Shown in pieces: positions 30,421 through 40,811 of a stretch of 64,000 nucleotides of DNA; position 1 is the first letter of the stretch; each line of letters starts with the position of its first letter. The translations under genes were made by a program, and so were the position numbers. The notes below the pieces were generated by a model. That model saw only the letters and a list, made by a program, of their open reading frames with translations, searched no databases and was not told where the DNA came from. The stretch comes from Bacteroidales bacterium (GTDB lineage: Bacteria; Bacteroidota; Bacteroidia; Bacteroidales; UBA932). The stretch covers positions 29,351-93,350 of the forward strand of contig JAFUJQ010000051.1 of assembly GCA_017473705.1 (NCBI GenBank). The letters are read 5' to 3'.

Positions 30421-31983
30421 ATGAAAGAAATAGAAATATCCTGCAAGCTAGGCAAAGAACTCACAGCAGACGAAATCCAGACAGCCGCGGTAAAGGCCCT
30501 CGGAGTATCTCCGAAGATCAGGCAGCAGCTCAAATACAGGATAGTCCGCCGTTCCATAGATGCCCGCAACGACATATTGTACCGCTACAAGGTGGAAGTG
30601 TATAGACCTGAGGAAGTCATGGCAGAATATGTCCTTGAGGAATATAAGGACGTATCGTCTGCAGAGCCGGTAATCATCATTGGAGCAGGCCCGGCAGGAA
30701 TGTTTGCAGCACTGAGACTCCTGATGAAAGGCCTCAAGCCTGTGATACTGGAACGTGGAAAGGATGTTCACCAGCGTAAATTCGATATGGCCAAGCTCTC
30801 GACAGAAGGAGTTGTCGACAATGACTCGAACTATTGCTTCGGCGAAGGCGGCGCAGGTACATTCTCAGATGGAAAGCTCTATACCCGTTCATCAAAGAGG
30901 GGAGACATACGCGAAGTCCTCCATCAGCTTGTGCGTTTCGGAGCAGATCCTTCGATTCTTATCGATGCGCATCCACATATAGGCAGCGACAAGCTTCCGA
31001 TTGTAGTGGAGAACATCCGCAAGTGCATCATTGAGCATGGAGGAGAGTATCATTTCAATTCGCGGGTTACCGATATTACCAGGCGTCCGGATGGCCAGTT
31101 TGACGTTGAGGTCAACGGCGCTTCTGTCATTTCGAGCGTAGCCGAGAAATCTCTTTACACATCACGTAAGGTAATCCTTGCCACAGGCCACTCTGCGCGC
31201 GATATCTACGAGATGTTCGACCGCAAGGGATGGGCCATACAGGCTAAGGGATTTGCCCTCGGAGTTCGCGTGGAGCATCCTCAGTCCCTGATCAACAAGA
31301 TCCAGTATCATGGGAAGTATCAGCCATACATGCCGACTGCCGAGTACTCTTTCGTGACCCAGGTCCTTGACAGGGGAGTATTCTCGTTCTGCATGTGTCC
31401 GGGCGGAATCCTTGTACCTGCAGCGACAGCTTCAGGTGAACTCGTGCTCAATGGTATGTCAAATTCACAGCGCAACTCCAAGTGGGCAAATTCCGGAGTC
31501 GTAGTCCAGATCGAACCGGAAGATTTTCCTGAATATGCACAGTACGGTCCTCTTGCCCTCCTTCAGTTCCAGAAGGATATCGAAAGGAAGATGTTCGAAT
31601 ATACCGGCTCATTGAAAGCTCCTGCGCAGAGAATGATGGACTTCTGCCGCCGCATACCGTCAAGCGGCCTTCCGCAGACTTCATATCATCCGGGAGCCGT
31701 CAACGCCCCGCTTCACGAAATGCTCCCAGAGCATGTCTCCCTGAGGTTGAAATACGCTTTCCCTGAAATCGGAAACAAGAAGATGCACGGTTACTATACC
31801 AACGACGCCCTCCTTCTTGGAGTCGAGTCCCGCACATCATCTCCGGTCCGCATCCCTCGCGATCCGGAAACCCTTGAACATATAGAAATCGCCGGCCTCT
31901 ACCCATGCGGAGAGGGCGCGGGCTACGCCGGAGGCATCGTATCCTCAGCCCTCGACGGCATCAACTGCGCCGCAAAAATATAG
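30421..31983 (+). CDS. FAD-dependent oxidoreductase of uncharacterised family, with in-frame REP insert
   Basis: IGAGPAG, FGEGGAGTFSDGKL, HPHIG, FCMCPGG, GEGAGYAGGI. Confidence 0.88.
   Translation: MKEIEISCKLGKELTADEIQTAAVKALGVSPKIRQQLKYRIVRRSIDARNDILYRYKVEVYRPEEVMAEYVLEEYKDVSSAEPVIIIGAGPAGMFAALRLLMKGLKPVILERGKDVHQRKFDMAKLSTEGVVDNDSNYCFGEGGAGTFSDGKLYTRSSKRGDIREVLHQLVRFGADPSILIDAHPHIGSDKLPIVVENIRKCIIEHGGEYHFNSRVTDITRRPDGQFDVEVNGASVISSVAEKSLYTSRKVILATGHSARDIYEMFDRKGWAIQAKGFALGVRVEHPQSLINKIQYHGKYQPYMPTAEYSFVTQVLDRGVFSFCMCPGGILVPAATASGELVLNGMSNSQRNSKWANSGVVVQIEPEDFPEYAQYGPLALLQFQKDIERKMFEYTGSLKAPAQRMMDFCRRIPSSGLPQTSYHPGAVNAPLHEMLPEHVSLRLKYAFPEIGNKKMHGYYTNDALLLGVESRTSSPVRIPRDPETLEHIEIAGLYPCGEGAGYAGGIVSSALDGINCAAKI
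31125..31152 (+). repeat. GTCAT-headed REP-like element inside a CDS
   Basis: tgtcatttcgagcgtagccgagaaatct, 2 mismatches to the 30381 copy; encodes VISSVAEKS. Confidence 0.85.
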
Positions 31984-32088
31984 CTTTGTGCCTGGCGCTT
32001 AAGTCGTTGAGCGTCAGTGTTTTATGAAAAGCTCGTGCCGCCAAAGGGGAGCACGAAGAATGTGTAATTAGTTGAATGATAGATCTTT

Positions 32089-33300
32089 ATGCGCCAGGTT
32101 ATTTTGCTGATGGCATCTTTATTTGGGTGCGTATGCCTTTGCGCACAGGACAGGACCCTCAGGGTGGATTATATCTTTTCCGGTACGGACAAGTCTGTCG
32201 AGATTTCTTTTGATGAGATGTCGTGCTTTGACGGATGGGCAGGGCGCCGCGGCAATCTTGACGAGGTGCCGGTGCGTGGCAACGGGCAGATCTTTTTGAC
32301 GGATGATGCGAGCGGGGAAGTGCTTTACCGTCAGTCGTTTTCGACCCTTTTCCAGGAGTGGCAGACCACCGAAGAGGCGACCCGGGTACGTAAGTCGTTT
32401 GAGAATGTTTTCCTTCTGCCGATGCCTCAATCAAAGGCGAAGGTCCGTGTGGAACTGTATGATTTCTGGGGAAATACCGCAGCTTCGATCAGCCACATAG
32501 TTGATCCGGACGATATACTTATAAGGAAGATCACTCCGCAGTTGCCTCAGCATCAGTATCTCCTGAAGAGCGGATCGCCGGAGGAGAAGATCGACGTGGT
32601 CATAGTTGCCGAGGGATATACTTCAGAAGAGACAGAAATGTTCTACAATGACGCCCGCGTGGCCGTGGATGCAATTCTTGCTCATGAACCTTTCGGCCAA
32701 TATAAGGACAGTTTCAACTTCGTGGCTGTGGCTCTTGAGTCGAATGACAGCGGAGTCAGCGTGCCGGGAGAAGGGGAGTGGAAGGACACGGCATTGAAGG
32801 CCCATTTCAACACCTTCTATATGGATCGTTACCTCACGACACTCCGCTTGAAGAATATGCATGACAGATTGTGCGGCATACCATATGAACATATTGTAAT
32901 TCTCGCTAATACAGATACTTATGGTGGCGGAGGCATATATAATTCATATACGTTGACAACTGCTCACCATCCAGCTTTCAAACCGGTGGTAGTACACGAA
33001 TTCGGACACAGTTTCGCCGGGCTTGCGGATGAGTATTATTATGATGACCAGTATGTTGAGTATTACTATCCTGACTGTGAGCCTTGGGAGCAGAACATAA
33101 CCACTCTCTTTGATTTCGAATCGAAGTGGAAGGATATGCTGGATGCCGGAGAGGCCAAGCTCCTTGAAGGTGCAGGATACCAGTCGAAGGGCGTATACAG
33201 AGGCTCGGAAGACTGTCGCATGCATACAAACAGGGCCGAAGCCTTCTGTCCTGTATGCCAGAGGGCCATCGGCCGCGTCATAGAGTTCTATACCCGATAG
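32089..33300 (+). CDS. Peptidase M64 (IgA peptidase family)
   Basis: AEGY, YGGGG, HEFGHSFAGLADEY, C.M..FCPVC. Confidence 0.9.
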   Translation: MRQVILLMASLFGCVCLCAQDRTLRVDYIFSGTDKSVEISFDEMSCFDGWAGRRGNLDEVPVRGNGQIFLTDDASGEVLYRQSFSTLFQEWQTTEEATRVRKSFENVFLLPMPQSKAKVRVELYDFWGNTAASISHIVDPDDILIRKITPQLPQHQYLLKSGSPEEKIDVVIVAEGYTSEETEMFYNDARVAVDAILAHEPFGQYKDSFNFVAVALESNDSGVSVPGEGEWKDTALKAHFNTFYMDRYLTTLRLKNMHDRLCGIPYEHIVILANTDTYGGGGIYNSYTLTTAHHPAFKPVVVHEFGHSFAGLADEYYYDDQYVEYYYPDCEPWEQNITTLFDFESKWKDMLDAGEAKLLEGAGYQSKGVYRGSEDCRMHTNRAEAFCPVCQRAIGRVIEFYTR

Positions 33301-35459
33301 AGTTTGTCAGCCTTAAGGCTTCTGACTCCCTTATCGAAGAATTCTACCTCACAGTATTCGCCATCGTCATATATCCTGCGGATGATTCCGTTGCCGAAGA
33401 TATGATGCCCCACTTCGTCTCCATCGCTGAATGATGCCTTAGGAGGTGAGGCCACGAGTCCGCATTCCATATCCATCGATCTGCTGAATATGGACGCCCT
33501 GTTCCAAAGGCTTTCATCCATATGACCTTCTGTCACGAACAGGTTCTGCTTGATTTCTCTGATGAATCGGGAAGGCACCTTGTCAAATGATCCTTGTACG
33601 GAGTATCCTTCCGATTCGGTGAGGAAAAGCCTCTTTTCCGCCCTGGTCACGGCTACGTACATAAGCCTCCTTTCCTCCTCCATGGCCTTTTTCTTCCTTT
33701 CCCTGACACTACGCTTATTGGGCATGATGCCCTCGCTCAGACCGGAAATGAAGACATATGGGAACTCCAGTCCCTTGCTCTGGTGGATTGTCATCACCTT
33801 TACATTGTTCTTGTCTTTGCCATAATCTGCGTTGGTGTACAATGCTATGTCCTGAAGATAGCCGACAAGGCTGACCTCATCCTCTTTGTGATCCTGCTCG
33901 TATGTCTTGATGGACTGGACCAGTTCGTTGAGGTTTTCAAGTCTTTCCTCTTCCTCGTCGTTGCGGTACAATCCGTTCAGTCCGCTGTTGGCCAGGAGGT
34001 ATTCCAGCAGGTTGCTTATGGACATTCCGTCAGCAAGACTTCTGGCAGTATCTATGATTTCGATGAACTTCAGCACCTGTTCCTTTGCAAAGGCTTTCGT
34101 GCTGCTGAGCGCCCTCAATGCCTCAAAAAGACTACAGCCTTTCTCTCCTGCGACCTTGGAGATCTGATCGATGGATTTGGCTCCGATCTTTCTTGACGGC
34201 ACATTGACAATCCTCTTGAATGACAAGTCATCGTCAAACGCCACAAGGCGAAGGTAGCTGAGTGCGTCCTTTATCTCCTTTCTCTCGAAGAACCGCACGC
34301 CTCCCCATATCACATAGCTGATCTTGTTTCTGAGGAATGATTGCTCTATGGATCTGGTAAGGTATGCCGACCTGACAAGGACTGCGAAATCTGAAAACGA
34401 TGCTCCGCACTCCTGCATCATCAATATCCTTGACGATATCCAGTCAGCCTCCTGTCTGTCGTCCTTTCCGTGAAAATGAATGATGGTATCTCCTGTCGCA
34501 TTTATCGTATAGAGGTCCTTCTTGATCCTCATGTCATTGTTCTCGATGATGGAGTTGGCAGCCTCAAGGATGGTTGAGGTGGAACGATAGTTCTGCGCCA
34601 TGATGATGTCTGTGCCGGGAGCGCAGTGCAGGAATTTCTCAAGATGTGCCCCTCTCCATTCGTATATGGTCTGGTCCGGGTCTCCGACCAGGAACAGATT
34701 GCCATGATGGGCACTGAGAGTCTCGTATATCTCCCAGTCCCGTGAGTTGCAGTCCTGCACCTCGTCCACCATGACATAGTTCATCTTGCGCTGCCATTTT
34801 TCCCTTACGTCAGGGAAGGCGTCAAGGATATACAGAGTGAATCCTATGAGGTCCTCGAAGTCAAGCGACAGATATTTCCTCTGCCTTGCCAGCGTGCTTT
34901 TGAAAAGTTCGTATGTCTTCTCCGGATATGTATCTGTAATGTATTTGCGAGTCGCATCGTCAATCTCAAGGGACGACCCAGTCAGAAGGAACTCCGTGAT
35001 ATATGAGTGTCCGCTGAATGCCTTGATCTTGTAAAAAGCCTTGAGGAATCTCTCAACGGTCGATTCCTTCCTGTCTGCGCCATGCTCCTCATGAGCCTCC
35101 TTGACTATGGCCTTCATATCCTCCTCATCCAGAATCTGGAATGTTTTCGGATATCCGAGTCTGAATATCTCCTCTCTGAGGAACTTTACGCAAAACGAGT
35201 GAATAGTGCATATGAAGTCGCTGGCATGCTCGCCTCCGATGAGGCGGTTTATCCTGTTCCTCATCTCCTGTGCCGCCTTGTTGGTGAATGTAAGGCACAG
35301 TATGTTGCCCGGGTCGATGCCCAGTTCATCCACAAGATATGCGTATCTATATGCCAGGACGCGCGTCTTTCCTGATCCCGCCCCGGCGATGATCCTCACG
35401 CGTCCTTCAGTCGCCTTTACGGCCTCAATCTGCTGCTGGTTCAGTCCTCTCAAGTCCAT
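33288..35459 (-). CDS. UvrD/PcrA family helicase
   Basis: AGAGSGKT, TFTNKAA, VDEVQD, GDPDQTIY, NYRS, EERRLMYVAVTRA. Confidence 0.93.
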   Translation of the reverse strand: MDLRGLNQQQIEAVKATEGRVRIIAGAGSGKTRVLAYRYAYLVDELGIDPGNILCLTFTNKAAQEMRNRINRLIGGEHASDFICTIHSFCVKFLREEIFRLGYPKTFQILDEEDMKAIVKEAHEEHGADRKESTVERFLKAFYKIKAFSGHSYITEFLLTGSSLEIDDATRKYITDTYPEKTYELFKSTLARQRKYLSLDFEDLIGFTLYILDAFPDVREKWQRKMNYVMVDEVQDCNSRDWEIYETLSAHHGNLFLVGDPDQTIYEWRGAHLEKFLHCAPGTDIIMAQNYRSTSTILEAANSIIENNDMRIKKDLYTINATGDTIIHFHGKDDRQEADWISSRILMMQECGASFSDFAVLVRSAYLTRSIEQSFLRNKISYVIWGGVRFFERKEIKDALSYLRLVAFDDDLSFKRIVNVPSRKIGAKSIDQISKVAGEKGCSLFEALRALSSTKAFAKEQVLKFIEIIDTARSLADGMSISNLLEYLLANSGLNGLYRNDEEEERLENLNELVQSIKTYEQDHKEDEVSLVGYLQDIALYTNADYGKDKNNVKVMTIHQSKGLEFPYVFISGLSEGIMPNKRSVRERKKKAMEEERRLMYVAVTRAEKRLFLTESEGYSVQGSFDKVPSRFIREIKQNLFVTEGHMDESLWNRASIFSRSMDMECGLVASPPKASFSDGDEVGHHIFGNGIIRRIYDDGEYCEVEFFDKGVRSLKADKLYRV

Positions 35460-35520
35460 TTGATCAATGTCTATAGGTCTAATATATTACAGTTATCGGT
35501 CTGATCTGTTACAAAAATAT

Positions 35521-35555
35521 AACGACTATGTGCAAAATCATAGCACATAGCCGTT
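35521..35555 (-). terminator. Hairpin downstream of the CotH gene
   Basis: aacgactatgtgc / gcacatagccgtt. Confidence 0.55.
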
Positions 35556-35578
35556 AAATATAAGAATTTTGACAGAGA

Positions 35579-37087
35579 TTATTTCATGTTCTTTATCGTT
35601 TCGGTCTTGACGCGGAAGAAATTGTCGCTTCCTGTGTCCATCAGACGATATTCGCCGTGGTTGCCCCAGAACGCAGGCTGGTCATATATGCTCATGTCCT
35701 CTCCCGTGTCATTTGATACATGATCATTTACTTTCTTCTGCCACTCCCGTATCCTGGCGACGCTTGCATCCATATGGAACAGTTCATTGACCGGATCCAC
35801 CAGTTCCAGAAGCGCATCCTTGTACATCTGCCTGAAGTCGTCGAACTTCATCAGTCTCTGCATCAGTATGCCCGCATTGCCCCATTCGTACGGGTTCTGA
35901 CGGCCTGAGTCCGACTGTATTCCGCAGTTGAGGCTTGTGCCCAGAGTGTTGTCATAATCATATGGCAGCAGGAACACCTTATAGTCATACATGTCGGTGG
36001 TATTGAAATACAGATAATAATTGTTGCCGTTATTCCACATGTCATCCCACATTCCTGTAGCAACGTTGACCGCATATGTCTTGAGGAGGAAGTTCACGTC
36101 ACAGACCTCGTTTATCCATTTGTAGAAGCTGTCATCACTCTTGCCGTTGAGCTTCAGTATGAAATCCTTCAGCTGCGCCTTGGCGGCTTCAAAGTCTTCC
36201 TCATCTCCCTTGAATTCATATGTGTAGTTCACTCCATTGTCCTGGTCCCAGTTGAACTTCCAGTCATCGGTGCTTCTGAGGTCGGCCATTCCGCCTTGCC
36301 CATAGACGCATTTCCATAGATATCCACCGTCATTTTCAAACATTCCATTCACTCGCTTCTCTACGAATTTGTCGTCGATGGGCTCTATCATGTTGTATAC
36401 TCCGAAGTATGCCGGAGTCTCATCGTCAATCTGCAGCCATACGCGGCAATATGTCGAGAAGGCGCTTGTCCATATGCCGTAACGGCGGAAAAGGTCATAG
36501 CAGTAAAGTTCACGTACATAGCAAGGGTCATCCTTGAACCATTTGAGGTTAACCTTTCTGATTCCCTTGATTGTGTGGTCATTGTCCTTGTGGAACTTTC
36601 TGAAGTTGATGCCGAAATGGCAGTGGTGCCAGTCCGGATTCTTTGACTTGTGGAGCTCTCCTCCATTGCCTTCCGGACGACGTCGTGAAGTGTTTCCGCG
36701 AAGACGGACGCCTCCATCCTCAATGAAAATGGTCTCGCTGCCTTTCTTGTATGTAAAATCGGCGTGGAAGTAGTCTACGTTCTGAGAGAACTCGTCATAG
36801 CGCTTGAGCAGCCTGTTCCATTCATCGGTGGTCATATGGATGGTGATCTCAGGGATTACGCTCTCATCCCATACATATGATATGCCTTCATGATTGAGGC
36901 TTGCAGTCGTGAATGGTATGATACCTCCAGGGCCAGGCTCCGGTTCCGGCTCCGGTTCCGGGTCCGTGCCCGGATTCTGTTCGGTTCCCTGTCCCGGAGT
37001 GTAGTCCTCAGCACCGGGATATCTGTCGATTTCTCCACATCCGGTGATGGCAAGAGCAAATAGTATTGTTGCAAATGTCTTCTTCAT
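35579..37087 (-). CDS. CotH kinase family lipoprotein
   Basis: ITGC lipobox, PE linker, RLRGNTS, E.ID, WDD, NNYYLY, PYDYDNTLG. Confidence 0.85.
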   Translation of the reverse strand: MKKTFATILFALAITGCGEIDRYPGAEDYTPGQGTEQNPGTDPEPEPEPEPGPGGIIPFTTASLNHEGISYVWDESVIPEITIHMTTDEWNRLLKRYDEFSQNVDYFHADFTYKKGSETIFIEDGGVRLRGNTSRRRPEGNGGELHKSKNPDWHHCHFGINFRKFHKDNDHTIKGIRKVNLKWFKDDPCYVRELYCYDLFRRYGIWTSAFSTYCRVWLQIDDETPAYFGVYNMIEPIDDKFVEKRVNGMFENDGGYLWKCVYGQGGMADLRSTDDWKFNWDQDNGVNYTYEFKGDEEDFEAAKAQLKDFILKLNGKSDDSFYKWINEVCDVNFLLKTYAVNVATGMWDDMWNNGNNYYLYFNTTDMYDYKVFLLPYDYDNTLGTSLNCGIQSDSGRQNPYEWGNAGILMQRLMKFDDFRQMYKDALLELVDPVNELFHMDASVARIREWQKKVNDHVSNDTGEDMSIYDQPAFWGNHGEYRLMDTGSDNFFRVKTETIKNMK

Positions 37088-37116
37088 GTCCTTAACTGTT
37101 TGGAGACAAATTTAAT

Positions 37117-37142
37117 AAAAAATCCCGTTCATTGACGGGATT
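37117..37142 (-). terminator. Intrinsic terminator
   Basis: aatcccgt..acgggatt stem with a T-run on the minus strand. Confidence 0.65.
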
Positions 37143-37146
37143 TCCA

Positions 37147-37518
37147 TTAAATCAATGATAATGTCATATATCCGTTCTGTGAGGATAGCGACATTGTCTT
37201 GCCGTTGTAGTCCTTTACTGTCCATTTACCGGCTATTTCCGGAGCCTCGAAAGAGACGGTCTTGTCATCAGCCTCCCATCGTATGTCGTTCGTCACCTTG
37301 AAGCCTCCGCTCTTCCTGAGAGTCATTTTGCCGGCTCCACCGTCGCCGAAGGTCAGCTTTATGTCATAGACATCCTTGGCCAGGTTGTTCTGAACCTTCT
37401 GGAAGGTGCCTTCCCACTGAGTGCCTGCAATGGCCTCCTCGTTGAATCGGACCTCTTCGTCCGGTCCGCACGCAGCGATCGCTATCGCTGCAAAGATGAT
37501 TGTCAAGATTCGTTTCAT
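37147..37518 (-). CDS. Hypothetical lipoprotein, lipocalin-like
   Basis: IAAC lipobox, IAGTQW, beta-strand pattern. Confidence 0.7.
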   Translation of the reverse strand: MKRILTIIFAAIAIAACGPDEEVRFNEEAIAGTQWEGTFQKVQNNLAKDVYDIKLTFGDGGAGKMTLRKSGGFKVTNDIRWEADDKTVSFEAPEIAGKWTVKDYNGKTMSLSSQNGYMTLSLI

Positions 37519-37536
37519 ATTTCTTAAAGTAATATC

Positions 37537-40431
37537 TTACCACATGCCTCGCCACATCGCGTTCTCGACGCGGCTGTTTTTCTTTGAATTCATCTTTCCG
37601 AAGTTGAATGATACTCCGAAAAGGAAATAGCGTCCCAGTACTTTTGAGTATACATCTTCCATGTATTCTGCAGTCGTTGTGCGCTGAAGGCTCTTGGTCT
37701 GGTTGAGCAGGTCTGCTGCCTTCAGCGACAGAGTCACGGACTTTATTGTCTTGCTTACTCCCAGATTCCATCTCCATTCCGGGTCTCCGTATCCTGCAGT
37801 GTATCCGTTATAGAACAGATATCTGAAGTCAGTCTTGATCTCCCAATCCTTTCCTGGAGAGTATATGAGGTCGATTCCGACGTTGCTTGCCCAGTTGTTT
37901 ACATTTGCGTCAGGGTCAAGCGAATACTTGCTGATGCGGTTGCTTGTCTGTGCAGACAGCGTCGCGTCAAGCTTGTCTATAGAGTATTTCAACGATGCCT
38001 GAAGCCCCCAGTTGTATGTGTTGGTGCGGCTTTCGCTGAATCCGCTCTCGCCGCTGTAGAACCTGTCTCCTGAAGCATCACCCCAGAATCCTTCCATGAA
38101 TTTTCCGTAATCGAAATTCTGCAGGTCAAGTCCCTCAAGCCTTCCTTTGGCCTGATATCCTGCGCTTGTCTGGAATGTGCCCCATCCATATGTGCTGAAT
38201 GTGAACTTTCTCTCCTTGCCGATAGGGATGTTGTATGAAACATACAGCGATGTCGTGCTTACCGGTTTCTTTGAATTGACAGGGATGGAGTAACGTACTC
38301 CGGTATCGTCAAACCAGGTCGCGTCGACCCTGCTGTTTGTGCCGAGGCTTCCATAGAGATTTACATTCAGGAACGAGAATGTCTCTCTGTCGTTCATCGA
38401 ATATGTGGCGCTGAAGTGATTGTCAAATCCAGGCTTCAGATAAATGTTTCCGGCCTTTATCTGTATCGGATCGGATATATCCAGATTAGGGGTTATTGTG
38501 CTGCCGGTCACGGGATTGACATACCCGCTGTAATAGAATCTGAGATTGTGGCTGTCCTTCTTGTATCTCAATGCCGCAAACGGGGACCAGTTCAGCAGCC
38601 ACTCGTCTTTTCCTGTCACGGTTTCAACTCCTCGCTGCCTTGCATGTACTTCATTATTGAATAGGTCAACGTTGAGACCAGCCTGAACATTGAGCGTGTC
38701 GTTGTTGTACTGCAACAGAAGCGTAGCCCTTTCCTGCAGCATCCTGTTTGAAGCGGTTGATGTATAATAGTCGTTGGCCGTTCCGTCAGGATTGAAGGCG
38801 TTCTTGATGTTGCTGTTTGTATAGAATGCGCTGGACAGCATTGTCTGGAGCGCCCATTTTTCGCCGAAAGGCTCTACATATGCAAGCGTGCCCTCGATGT
38901 TCTGTCTTCCGCTCGAATTCCGATACAGCAGGTCTTTCAGGGTAGGGGATCCTCCATAGATGATTTCGGACAGTTCTGTCCTGGTGCCGTTTCTGTCAGA
39001 GAATTCATAACTCATGTCCATTGTGAGGCTTCTCCTCTTCTTTCCGAGATCTTTTATGCCCATGTCCAGCCAGCCTGAAGCGGTCAGACCTTTGGAATGG
39101 CTTGAGACTGATGAGGTTGAACTGTTCAGGTCGCCTTCTTCAGAGTATGTCCTTGATGTGTTGGAACTGTTGACCCTGGCGTCGCTGTACTTGAAGGCCG
39201 GGAGGAAATGCAACATGAATTTCTTGGTGTCCTTCTTCTTGAGCTCCATGTTGATGCTCACGGCATTTTCATTTCCGAATCCGTCGTATGAGCCGTCTGT
39301 ATAAAGATCCTGCCCGTCGTTCTGATAAGATGTCCTGGCTGAGCGGGTGGCCGCATCCTTCGCGTTGTTCTTGTAGTTGGCGGAAACCGTGGTTTCAAAT
39401 CCCTTTATCCTTTCCGTGCTGTAGTTTGCGCCGGCCTGCGCCGAACTGTTGATTCCGCGCATAGCGGCGAAGTCGCTGTCCATGTCGCCCAATCCATATA
39501 CCATGAATGTCTGGGAACCGGGCTCAGTCGCATTGAATGCGTTTCCTATGAATACGACCTGATCTTTTTCAGTATATCCGCTGACCATGGCATTGCCGTT
39601 ATATAACAGTCCACGGTCATCTATGAGCTTATCATCGGTCTTCGGTGTAAGCGTTGCGCCTCCTCCGAGCTTGGCGTTTCCGAACCAGCCCTTGCTGTAC
39701 TCGTCCTTCAGCTCGACATCCATGACCTTCTCTTTGTCATCCTGTGTCGAAACTCCGCTGAATTCCGCAGCATCCTTGTTCTTGTCGACCACTTTGATCT
39801 TGTCGACGATCTTTGCAGGAAGACTCGATAGAGCTGCTGTAGGGTCGTCGAAGAAGAATGTCTTGCCTCCGACAGTGATCTTGTCGACCTTCTCGCCGTT
39901 CACGGTCACGCTTCCGTCGCTTCCGACCTCCACGCCAGGCATCTTCTTCAGAAGGTCTGCCAGCATGTCGTTCTCGCCGACCTTGAATGATGATGCGTTA
40001 TATATTATGGTGTCCTGTTTCACCATAATGGCGTTTCCGGCAGCAGATACCGTCGCAGCATCAAGATATTCGGCATTTTCTTCCAGCTTTATGATGCCCA
40101 GATCTTCCTGCCATTTCTTGAATGTGTATACTTTCTTGTGCGGAAGGTAGCCGATCATCTCGGCGTTGAGCTCATACTTGCCGGTCGGAACATCCTTCAG
40201 CTCGACATCGCCCTTGTCGTTAGAAAGAGCGAAGTGGGTGATGGTCGTGTCTCCCTGGGGAATGAGATACACTGAGGCCCAGCTGATAGGCTCGGATGTC
40301 TTCGCATCCTTGAGCGTGAGTTTTACATTGATGTTCATGTTGCGCTGGATCATGTCATACGAAATGACTTGCGCGCGTAGGGAAAGTGCCGATAATGCAA
40401 TCAGGCACAGCAGGATGACGGTCCGTTTCAT
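37537..40431 (-). CDS. Outer-membrane beta-barrel protein, TonB-dependent-receptor-like, with carboxypeptidase-regulatory-like N-domain
   Basis: Signal peptide, DLLKKMPGVEV, GKTFF, C-terminal GRYFLFGVSFNF. Confidence 0.85.
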   Translation of the reverse strand: MKRTVILLCLIALSALSLRAQVISYDMIQRNMNINVKLTLKDAKTSEPISWASVYLIPQGDTTITHFALSNDKGDVELKDVPTGKYELNAEMIGYLPHKKVYTFKKWQEDLGIIKLEENAEYLDAATVSAAGNAIMVKQDTIIYNASSFKVGENDMLADLLKKMPGVEVGSDGSVTVNGEKVDKITVGGKTFFFDDPTAALSSLPAKIVDKIKVVDKNKDAAEFSGVSTQDDKEKVMDVELKDEYSKGWFGNAKLGGGATLTPKTDDKLIDDRGLLYNGNAMVSGYTEKDQVVFIGNAFNATEPGSQTFMVYGLGDMDSDFAAMRGINSSAQAGANYSTERIKGFETTVSANYKNNAKDAATRSARTSYQNDGQDLYTDGSYDGFGNENAVSINMELKKKDTKKFMLHFLPAFKYSDARVNSSNTSRTYSEEGDLNSSTSSVSSHSKGLTASGWLDMGIKDLGKKRRSLTMDMSYEFSDRNGTRTELSEIIYGGSPTLKDLLYRNSSGRQNIEGTLAYVEPFGEKWALQTMLSSAFYTNSNIKNAFNPDGTANDYYTSTASNRMLQERATLLLQYNNDTLNVQAGLNVDLFNNEVHARQRGVETVTGKDEWLLNWSPFAALRYKKDSHNLRFYYSGYVNPVTGSTITPNLDISDPIQIKAGNIYLKPGFDNHFSATYSMNDRETFSFLNVNLYGSLGTNSRVDATWFDDTGVRYSIPVNSKKPVSTTSLYVSYNIPIGKERKFTFSTYGWGTFQTSAGYQAKGRLEGLDLQNFDYGKFMEGFWGDASGDRFYSGESGFSESRTNTYNWGLQASLKYSIDKLDATLSAQTSNRISKYSLDPDANVNNWASNVGIDLIYSPGKDWEIKTDFRYLFYNGYTAGYGDPEWRWNLGVSKTIKSVTLSLKAADLLNQTKSLQRTTTAEYMEDVYSKVLGRYFLFGVSFNFGKMNSKKNSRVENAMWRGMW

Positions 40432-40615
40432 CAGTCTGTTTGTTAAGTGTAGCAGTTACAGTTTTATATATATGACGCGACAATGCTGGAAAAGTACTAT
40501 CGTCATCATAACGAAAGTATAAGGAAAATACTTCCGGTCGGGCATTATTCAATGATTATGCCAAAGGATGAATTTTTGTATCAGAATGGACCTTGGGAGC
40601 ATATAAACGAAAAAA

Positions 40616-40712
40616 GGGTAAGCTGATTACATCGCACCGCTACGACCTCCTACCCTTGCTACGGTCAAGTCCTGGGGGAGTTTGGAGGGAGCTGGTCGTG
40701 TAAGACTTACCC
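40616..40712 (-). ncRNA. ffs: Signal recognition particle RNA, small bacterial type
   Basis: GGGTAAG..CTTACCC closing stem, CAGG..AGCA internal loop, upstream TACTTTTG -7 box, downstream T-run. Confidence 0.85.
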
Positions 40713-40811
40713 GGGCACAAAAGTAGTGATTTTTTTACACTACACAAAATTTTTTGAAATTATGAAACAGCAAGCATGACCGACTGCCCGTATTCCTTTC
40801 TCACCATTGAT

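Noticed and set aside
33288-35459. UvrD as part of a defence system such as Gabija
   Set aside because: Full-length PcrA-like architecture with no adjacent OLD/TOPRIM nuclease
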